Assembly: GCA_964607005.1 (NCBI GenBank)
Contig: CAZSHO010000001.1
Location: forward strand, 98,457 to 122,456
Length of the DNA stretch: 24,000 bases
Direction of reading: 5' to 3'
Origin: an uncultured Rhodocyclaceae bacterium
GTDB lineage: Bacteria; Pseudomonadota; Gammaproteobacteria; Burkholderiales; Rhodocyclaceae
The notes beneath the pieces are model-generated. The model saw only the letters and a list, made by a program, of their open reading frames with translations. It did no database searches and was not told the origin of the DNA. This document shows, one piece after another, positions 1-6,043 of the stretch; positions within the stretch are counted from its first letter, which is position 1, and the number at the start of each line of letters is the position of its first letter. Position numbers and translations under genes: made by a program.

Positions 1-1
1 A

Positions 2-703
2 CAGGCGGCCCTCAATCAACCTGTCGGTGACTTCACGCTGCTCGATCGTCGTGAAAATCCGGTACGGCTGGCCGATTATCGCGGCAAGCCCCTGCTGGTG
101 AGCTTCATCTACACGGGCTGCTTCGAAGTCTGCCCGACCACCACACGCAACCTGCAGAAAGTCGTCACCGATACCGTTGCCGTCCTCGGCACCAACCGAT
201 TTAATGTGATCAGCATCGGCTTCAACCAGCCTTTCGATTCACCAGCAGCCATGAAGGCCTTTGCCAGCCAGAACGGCATCGTTTTCCCGAACTGGGAATT
301 TCTCAGCCCTGCACCCGCCATCGTCAACAAACTGACACAAAATTTCGGCTTCAGTTATGTGCAGAATCCCTCCGGCTTCGACCACATCGTGCAGGTCACG
401 CTGGTGGATGCACAAGGGAAAATCTATCGACAAATCTATGGCGAGAAGCTGACATCCGACCAGCTGGTCGAACCAATGAAGCAGCTGATTGCCGGCGCAC
501 CGGTCGCGCAGAGCGGGGCCGTTGCCGACCTGTTCGACCGGGTGCGCATCCTCTGCTCGCGATACGATCCGAAAACCGGGGAATATCGTGTCAGCTACGG
601 GCTGGTTTTCGAAATTCTCGGCTTTCTCACCTTTCTCGGCTACATCGGCTGGTTTCTCTGGCAGGAGCTGCGCCAGCGCAGGTTCACGAATCCCGGCAAG
701 TAG
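2..703 (+). CDS. SCO1/SenC-family copper chaperone / thioredoxin-fold protein (5' end cut by window edge)
   Basis: The frame stays open back to position 2 (QAALNQPVGDFTLLDRRENPVRLADYRGKPLLVSFIYTGCFEVCPTTT). It has the SCO-type CxxxC motif (CFEVCP) and a downstream His (GFDHIVQV). The GTG at 98 in the ORF track is internal. A C-terminal hydrophobic helix is present (VFEILGFLTFLGYIGWFLW). Confidence 0.8.
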   Translation, partial: QAALNQPVGDFTLLDRRENPVRLADYRGKPLLVSFIYTGCFEVCPTTTRNLQKVVTDTVAVLGTNRFNVISIGFNQPFDSPAAMKAFASQNGIVFPNWEFLSPAPAIVNKLTQNFGFSYVQNPSGFDHIVQVTLVDAQGKIYRQIYGEKLTSDQLVEPMKQLIAGAPVAQSGAVADLFDRVRILCSRYDPKTGEYRVSYGLVFEILGFLTFLGYIGWFLWQELRQRRFTNPGK

Positions 704-774
704 GCTGAAGCACGTCGCATCCTGCGGACAAGCTTTATAATCATTCACTGATATAAGCCTGCCGTTTAACCCCA

Positions 775-2352
775 ATGGTGCATCCGCAGCCACGTCACTC
801 CTGGCATCCTCTCGCCGTGATTCAGCGCCTGGAAAGCTTCCTGGACCGCTTCTTCGGTGCCCGGGGCAATCCGCTGCGGCATCTGGGAGCACTGGGTTTT
901 TATTTTCTCTGGATCGCGCTCGCCAGCGGCATTTATCTGTTCATCGTTCTGGATACGGGCATCGAGAAAATTCACGCCTCGATCGAGTACTACACGCATG
1001 AGCAATGGTGGCTGGGCGGCATCATCCGCAGCCTGCACCGCTACGCCGCCGACGGGCTCGTCCTGGTCATGATCCTGCATGTCCTGCGCGAGCTCGCTCA
1101 TGGCCGTTTTCGCGGTTTTCGCAGCTTTACCTGGCTCACCGGAGTTCCGGTTATCTGGCTGGTCTATGCCTCCGGAATTGGCGGTTACTGGCTGGTCTGG
1201 GATCAGCTCGGGCTGTTCTCCGCGCTCGCCAGTGCCGAATGGTTCGACTGGCTGCCGTTCCTGCATAATGTGACAACACGCAATTTTCTGCCGGGCGTGC
1301 TGAATGACCGGTTTTTCACCTTGCTGCTGTTTCTTCATATCGGCATCCCGCTGCTCTTGCTGCTCGCCTTGTGGGCACATATCCAGCGCATTGCCCGGGC
1401 CGACGTCTTTCCTTCGCGCAGTCTCGCCGGCGGCACGCTCGCCATGCTGCTGGTGCTCGCCCTGATCAAACCCACTGTCTCGCACGGCAAGGCGGAGCTG
1501 TCACAACTGCCCTCCGTGCTGCAGATCGACTGGTACTACCTGTTCATTCACCCGTTGATGTACCTGACCTCCCCGGCCTTCCTCTGGTTTCTGTCTGCCG
1601 TGCTCACGCTGCTCCTGCTCGCCCTGCCCTTGCTGTCACCAGGGCGTGCGCAGGCACCGGTGGCGATCGTCGATCCGGACTATTGCAATGGTTGCCGTCG
1701 CTGCTTCGACGACTGCCCTTACAGCGCCATCACCCTGCGGCCCCATCCGGATCGGCCGGGGCACGAACTGGCCGGTGTGGATGCCCATCTATGCGCTTCC
1801 TGCGGCATCTGTGCAGGTGCCTGTCCTTCGTCGACGCCTTTTCGCAGCACTGACGCACTCGTCACCGGTATCGACATGCCCTCGCAACCGATCGGCGCAC
1901 TGCGCGCCGAAATGGAACGCAAGCTTGCCGCGCTCGAGGGTCCGGTTAAAATCCTGGTGTTCGGTTGTGATTGCGCCGTTGCGACCGCGCCTCTCGAAGA
2001 CGCGCAAACCGCAGTGCTGAGCCTTTTGTGTGTTGGCCTTTTACCGCCAAGCTTCATCGAATACGCCCTGCGCAGCGGTGCCGGCGGCGTGCTGGTGACC
2101 GGTTGCCGGGAAGGCAGTTGTGCCTACCGGCTGGGCAACCGCTGGATGGAAGAGCGCCTGGACGGCCAGCGCGAACCGCACCTGCGCCGCACCACCCCTC
2201 TTGATCGCCTGCGTGTCGTTCTCGCCGATGCTCATGAAATGAGCCAGCTCAAGGCGCAGCTCGATAAATTCCGCGAAGATTTGAATGTTTTGGACAAGAA
2301 TGGACAACACCCCCACACCACGCCCCCCAAAAGGATGACTCGACATGGTTAG
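775..2352 (+). CDS. Fusion protein: diheme cytochrome b (bc1/b6 N-terminal type) + 2x[4Fe-4S] ferredoxin + MvhD/FlpD-like iron-sulfur domain
   Basis: The N-terminal membrane domain has two His pairs spaced 14 residues apart, as in cytochrome b helices B and D (RSLHRYAADGLVLVMILHVL; FLHIGIPLLLLLALWAHIQ). Two CxxCxxCxxxCP motifs follow (CNGCRRCFDDCP, CASCGICAGACP). The C-terminus carries an MvhD-like signature (ILVFGCDC...LLCVGLLPPSFIEYALRSGAGGVLVTGCREGSCAYRLGN). No obvious SD precedes the ATG at 775, so the start is uncertain. Confidence 0.8.
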   Translation: MVHPQPRHSWHPLAVIQRLESFLDRFFGARGNPLRHLGALGFYFLWIALASGIYLFIVLDTGIEKIHASIEYYTHEQWWLGGIIRSLHRYAADGLVLVMILHVLRELAHGRFRGFRSFTWLTGVPVIWLVYASGIGGYWLVWDQLGLFSALASAEWFDWLPFLHNVTTRNFLPGVLNDRFFTLLLFLHIGIPLLLLLALWAHIQRIARADVFPSRSLAGGTLAMLLVLALIKPTVSHGKAELSQLPSVLQIDWYYLFIHPLMYLTSPAFLWFLSAVLTLLLLALPLLSPGRAQAPVAIVDPDYCNGCRRCFDDCPYSAITLRPHPDRPGHELAGVDAHLCASCGICAGACPSSTPFRSTDALVTGIDMPSQPIGALRAEMERKLAALEGPVKILVFGCDCAVATAPLEDAQTAVLSLLCVGLLPPSFIEYALRSGAGGVLVTGCREGSCAYRLGNRWMEERLDGQREPHLRRTTPLDRLRVVLADAHEMSQLKAQLDKFREDLNVLDKNGQHPHTTPPKRMTRHG

Positions 2353-2863
2353 CAAATCTCCCGTCAATCCGGCCGTACTGATCGGCCAGGTGCTGTTTTA
2401 CGGCCTGTTTGCCGTCATCATCGGCTATTTTTCAACGTCTCCCACCTTCACGCACATCGATCCTGGCCTGTCGTTGATCAAGCTCTCCTTCAGTACCCAG
2501 GCCGAGCCGGTGGGCGAGTGCCGCAACCGGACACCGGAAGAGCTCGCCAAGCTCGCACCGAATATGCGCGCACCGCGTATCTGCCCGCGCGAGCGCTCGC
2601 CGATCAAGGTCAGCATCAGCCTGGACGGCCAGCCGCTGTTCGAAGGCAGTGCACCCCCGGCCGGGCTGTCGAAGGACGGCCCCTCGACGCTCTACGAACG
2701 CTTTGAAGTCTCCGCAGGCAAGCATACGCTCTCGGTCAAGATGAACGATAACGTCAATATTCCCGGCTTCAATCATGTGCGCGAAGAAACGGTTGACCTG
2801 AAACCAGCGCAGATCCTCGTCATCGATCTGCGCAAGGACCGTGGCGGCATCATCTTTGAATGA
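2345..2863 (+). CDS. Small membrane-anchored protein of unknown function (one N-terminal TM helix plus a soluble beta-rich domain)
   Basis: The ATG overlaps the upstream stop by 8 nt (ATGGTTAG). Third codon positions are GC-rich. The N-terminal helix is VLIGQVLFYGLFAVIIGYF. There are two Cys (GECRNR, RICPRE) but no CxxCH and no CuA-type ligand set. Confidence 0.6.
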   Translation: MVSKSPVNPAVLIGQVLFYGLFAVIIGYFSTSPTFTHIDPGLSLIKLSFSTQAEPVGECRNRTPEELAKLAPNMRAPRICPRERSPIKVSISLDGQPLFEGSAPPAGLSKDGPSTLYERFEVSAGKHTLSVKMNDNVNIPGFNHVREETVDLKPAQILVIDLRKDRGGIIFE

Positions 2864-4257
2864 AGGCAAGTCTTGAATGCGGGCCGGAGGCGGCAGGGAC
2901 GGCTTTCCTCCTGACACCTGCTGATGCACGGCTCACCGGCATCGCCCGCGGCTGGCTCTGGCTGGGCCTGCTCGCCCTGATCGGTTCGGGGCTGCTATCG
3001 ATCATCCTTGTCCTCTCGCGCGCGCCACAATTTCAAAAACTCCTGCCGGCCGGAGACTTCTTTCGCACGGCCCTCGTGGTGCACGTTGATCTCTCCGTTC
3101 TCGTCTGGTTCATCTCGCTGGGCGGCATCCTGTGGACGCTGTCGGGCACGGTGCGCGCACTCTGGCTCAATCGCGCGGCCCTGCTCATCGCCGGACTGGG
3201 CACCCTGCTGATAACCCTCTCGCCATTCATCGGCCACGGCACGCCGATCATGGCCAATTACATTCCGGTACTCGACAATCCCGCCTTCCTCTGGGGATTG
3301 GTGATTTTCGGCTCAGGGGCGGTCGTGCTGGTACTGCGCAGCCTGATCGCCATGCCCGGCTGCTCCATGCCCCGAAGCGGCGAGGAAGCCCTGCAGGCCG
3401 GGCTCTCGCTCGGTCTGCTGCCCGCCGTCATCGCCATCATGGCCTTTGTCTGGTCTTGGCTGACGCAACCGGCCGGTCTGGGTGACAAAGCCTTTTACGA
3501 AATCCTTTTCTGGGGCGGCGGCCACGCACTGCAATTCATCTGGACGCTGTTCATGCTGGTCGCCTGGCTATGGCTGGCAAGTGCCTGTGGCGCACGCGTG
3601 CCGATGAGTCCGCGCATTGCTCTGCTCTGCTTTTTCCTGGCGGTGATCGGTGCGCTGGCAATCCCGGTTGCCTATCTCCTCTGGCCTGCCCATGCCGTCG
3701 AACACCGCAACCTGCTCACCTTTGCCATGGGGCTGGGCGGCGGGCTGCCGATCCTGCCCGTGGCGCTGGCCGTGCTGCTGGCCGTGCCTCCCGCACGTTC
3801 CATCGACGATGATGCGCGTCCCCTGCGTGCTGCCCTGTATGCCTCACTCGCCCTGTTCTGTTTCGGCGGTCTCATCGCGTTCACCATTTCGGGCAGCAAC
3901 GTCAAGATTCCTGCCCACTATCACGGCTGCATCGTCGGTGTCACCCTGGCGCTGATGGGGCTGGTGTATCACCTGCTGCCACACCTCGGTTATGCCCGGC
4001 CGGCACGCAAGGCCGCCACCTTTTCTTCGTATTGCTATGCCGCGGGACAGGCCCTGCACATCGGCGGCCTGATGTGGTCGGGCGGTTACGGCGTGCAGCG
4101 CAAGGTGGCCGGTGCTGAACAGGCCCTGAGGAGCACCAGCGAAATCGTCGCCATGGGCATCATGGGCATGGGCGGGCTCGTCGCCATCATCGGCGGACTG
4201 GTATTCGTCGTGGTTGTCCTGCTCGCCATGCGAAACAGACGGAGGAATGTCCCGTGA
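2860..4257 (+). CDS. Divergent heme-copper oxidase / NO-reductase superfamily subunit I-like protein (12 predicted TM)
   Basis: It shares an ATGA overlap with the upstream gene. There are twelve hydrophobic segments. His residues sit at HCO ligand-equivalent positions: H75 (VVHVDLSVLVWF, helix II), H222 (LFWGGGHALQF, compare aa3 WFFGHPEVY, helix VI), H278/H282 (WPAHAVEH, helix VII region) and H353/H355 (PAHYHGCIV, compare AHFHYV, helix X). The spacing H75-H222-H278-H353 (147/56/75) resembles cbb3 CcoN. Confidence 0.7.
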   Translation: MKASLECGPEAAGTAFLLTPADARLTGIARGWLWLGLLALIGSGLLSIILVLSRAPQFQKLLPAGDFFRTALVVHVDLSVLVWFISLGGILWTLSGTVRALWLNRAALLIAGLGTLLITLSPFIGHGTPIMANYIPVLDNPAFLWGLVIFGSGAVVLVLRSLIAMPGCSMPRSGEEALQAGLSLGLLPAVIAIMAFVWSWLTQPAGLGDKAFYEILFWGGGHALQFIWTLFMLVAWLWLASACGARVPMSPRIALLCFFLAVIGALAIPVAYLLWPAHAVEHRNLLTFAMGLGGGLPILPVALAVLLAVPPARSIDDDARPLRAALYASLALFCFGGLIAFTISGSNVKIPAHYHGCIVGVTLALMGLVYHLLPHLGYARPARKAATFSSYCYAAGQALHIGGLMWSGGYGVQRKVAGAEQALRSTSEIVAMGIMGMGGLVAIIGGLVFVVVVLLAMRNRRRNVP

Positions 4258-4442
4258 ACGATCCGCAAGGCCTTGCCGAAACCGTACGACGCGCCTGTAT
4301 CGAGGTAGCGCTGGAAGCCTACGAAGATGCCCAGGTGCGCGGCCTGTGCCACGAAGGCGCATGGGAAGTGGCCATCGGCGCCCTGCGCTCCCTCGACCTC
4401 AAAGCCCTCCTCGCCGCAGCCGGGAAAGAACAACCCGATTAA
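4254..4442 (+). CDS. Small 62-aa conserved-looking hypothetical protein, translationally coupled to the HCO-like gene
   Basis: Its GTG start overlaps the upstream TGA (GTGA). Third codon positions are GC-rich, like the neighbouring genes. It contains a Cys/His pair (RACIE...GLCHEGAW). No family was recognised. Confidence 0.5.
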   Translation: MNDPQGLAETVRRACIEVALEAYEDAQVRGLCHEGAWEVAIGALRSLDLKALLAAAGKEQPD

Positions 4443-5590
4443 TCGGCACAGCCCTGCCGTCCGCTCAGTGCCGTCAGCGCCCACAGCACCTGTACGAAAA
4501 ACACCGCCAGCCCGGCGAATGCCAGCCAGAAACCGGCAGTCCAGCCGAATGCCACCAGCCCGCCTCCGAGGAGAAAAGTCAGTCCTCGCAAGACGGCGTG
4601 ACGTCCCAGCCGCAGGCGTACCCCACGATGCCAATCGCCCTGCATGCCGGGCCGCAGCCAGACCGGCAACAACTGGCTGGCCGCACCGGTGACCAGCGGT
4701 AGCAAAAACATCAGCAGAAACCCGGGAATCGCCTCGCGTGCAGGCAACACGCCTGCCGCATGCAGCACGCCGAGGAGAAGCAGCAATCCCCATCCGCTCA
4801 AGGCAAGAGCAAGCAGCGGTGCGGCACCATGCCGGCAGAGCACTTGCATGCGAAGCGAGCGCAGCCAGCCACGCCCGAGCAAAAAAAACGGCACGAGCAA
4901 AAGCAACGCACCTGCATACGCCAGAGGCGGCCACCAAGCGGCACCCGCAGCCACCAGCAGTGCACCGGCAAGGCTGGGCATACGCATGCGCCGCAGCCAG
5001 TGCGCGGCCTGTGGATCAGGCTTCGCGGCCGCCGTCGGCAGCAGCACGGCAAGCGTGCCCAGGGCGGCGAGTCCGACAAACCCGAGCGTGTTCAGATGCA
5101 GATGGAACAGCCGCAAGGCTGTGCGTTGTTGCGGCCAGAGCGGCAGGATCAGCGCCGCCAACAAGGCCAGGACGAGACACAGCACGGCGGCCAGATACCA
5201 GTACAGACCGGGGTGTGGCGCCCCCAGGGTGGCGCGAGCTCGCCGCACGATCCACGCCGCCATGATCAGGGCGGCGACGAGCACCAGCGTGGCAGCGGCA
5301 TGGACAAGCGGGTTGAAAAATACCGGATGGTGAAAGGCAGCCACCACCAGCACGCCGGCGGCCAGCGGCAGCCACGGCAGATAGCACAGTGGCGTGGCCG
5401 GTGCCGCACTGCGCGTGAGCACCGGCACGAAATACAATATGGCGGCAAAGATCAGCGGCAGAACACCAATGGCAAAAGCCACGTGCGCGGCCAGCGCCGG
5501 GCTGGTGTACCCGGTGACGAAAAGGCCCAGCGCCACGGCAAACGCTGCACCGGCGACGGCCACCAGAAACGGCAGGATGCTGCCTCGCAC
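4439..5590 (-). CDS. Polytopic integral membrane protein (about 10-12 TM), possibly a distant NnrS-like protein
   Basis: 383 aa, very hydrophobic, with a GTG start. The motif HLHLNTLGFVGLAALGTLAVLLPT resembles the NnrS HAHEMLFGF..GF..T..P core but is not canonical. It lies directly downstream of a DUF2249 gene, a common NnrS neighbour. Confidence 0.45.
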   Translation of the reverse strand: MRGSILPFLVAVAGAAFAVALGLFVTGYTSPALAAHVAFAIGVLPLIFAAILYFVPVLTRSAAPATPLCYLPWLPLAAGVLVVAAFHHPVFFNPLVHAAATLVLVAALIMAAWIVRRARATLGAPHPGLYWYLAAVLCLVLALLAALILPLWPQQRTALRLFHLHLNTLGFVGLAALGTLAVLLPTAAAKPDPQAAHWLRRMRMPSLAGALLVAAGAAWWPPLAYAGALLLLVPFFLLGRGWLRSLRMQVLCRHGAAPLLALALSGWGLLLLLGVLHAAGVLPAREAIPGFLLMFLLPLVTGAASQLLPVWLRPGMQGDWHRGVRLRLGRHAVLRGLTFLLGGGLVAFGWTAGFWLAFAGLAVFFVQVLWALTALSGRQGCAD

Positions 5591-5616
5591 GCGGCCCGGG
5601 CTTGAAGAGGGAACGA

Positions 5617-5877
5617 TTATTTCTTCTTGGCGAAATCGATGACGACCTCGCCCGGCACCCGCTGCACGTAGCTGATCTCGATCTTGTCACCGAAGCGCGA
5701 CATCAGTTGTTCGAGCAGGGGCAACGGATCGTGATCGTTGCAAAAGCGCATCGTCTCGCCGGGGAACAGGGCTTCGAAAGCTCCGAAGATCGCCGCATGG
5801 CGAAAGCGCTTGGCAATGCCACGCGCATCGAAGGGATAGAGCTTGTCATCCTGCAGGTGCAGATGGGGATCGGCCAT
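5617..5877 (-). CDS. DUF2249-domain protein
   Basis: 86 aa with the DUF2249-like pattern FDARGIAKRFRHAAIFGAFEALFPGETMRFCNDHDPLPLLEQL. A strong SD (AAGGAG) precedes the ATG, and an FNR/DNR box lies upstream. Confidence 0.75.
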   Translation of the reverse strand: MADPHLHLQDDKLYPFDARGIAKRFRHAAIFGAFEALFPGETMRFCNDHDPLPLLEQLMSRFGDKIEISYVQRVPGEVVIDFAKKK

Positions 5878-5942
5878 GTTTTTCTCCTTGGGCTGTTTTC
5901 AGTGCGAAAATGGAATTGTCCGTGCCACATCCCATGACGGCC

Positions 5943-5956
5943 TTGATGCAAATCAT
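5943..5956. promoter_or_regulatory. FNR/DNR/NnrR-type binding box TTGATgcaaATCAT in a divergent promoter region
   Basis: It matches the TTGAT-N4-ATCAA consensus at 9 of 10 positions. The centre is about 72 nt from the DUF2249 ATG and about 94 nt from the 6044 ATG. -10-like hexamers lie about 22 nt away on both sides (TATGTT toward the plus gene, GACAAT toward the minus gene). Confidence 0.6.
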
Positions 5957-6043
5957 GGAAGCCGGATCATTAAGGTCTTATGTTTCCTCATAAATTAAAA
6001 GGTTATCCTTCCCGACAGATACTCCCCGACCTGGCAGACCTCC

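Noticed and set aside
736-741. A perfect TATAAT hexamer between the SCO gene and the cyt b fusion, considered as an internal promoter.
   Set aside because: No acceptable -35 element lies 17 bp upstream (the sequence there is CGTCGC) and there is no FNR box. A single hexamer in an AT-richer spacer is not sufficient evidence.
4439-5590. Confident annotation of the 383-aa membrane protein as NnrS.
   Set aside because: The canonical HAHEMLFGF core is not present; only a loose HxHxxxxGF...P resemblance exists. It is kept as NnrS-like at low confidence.
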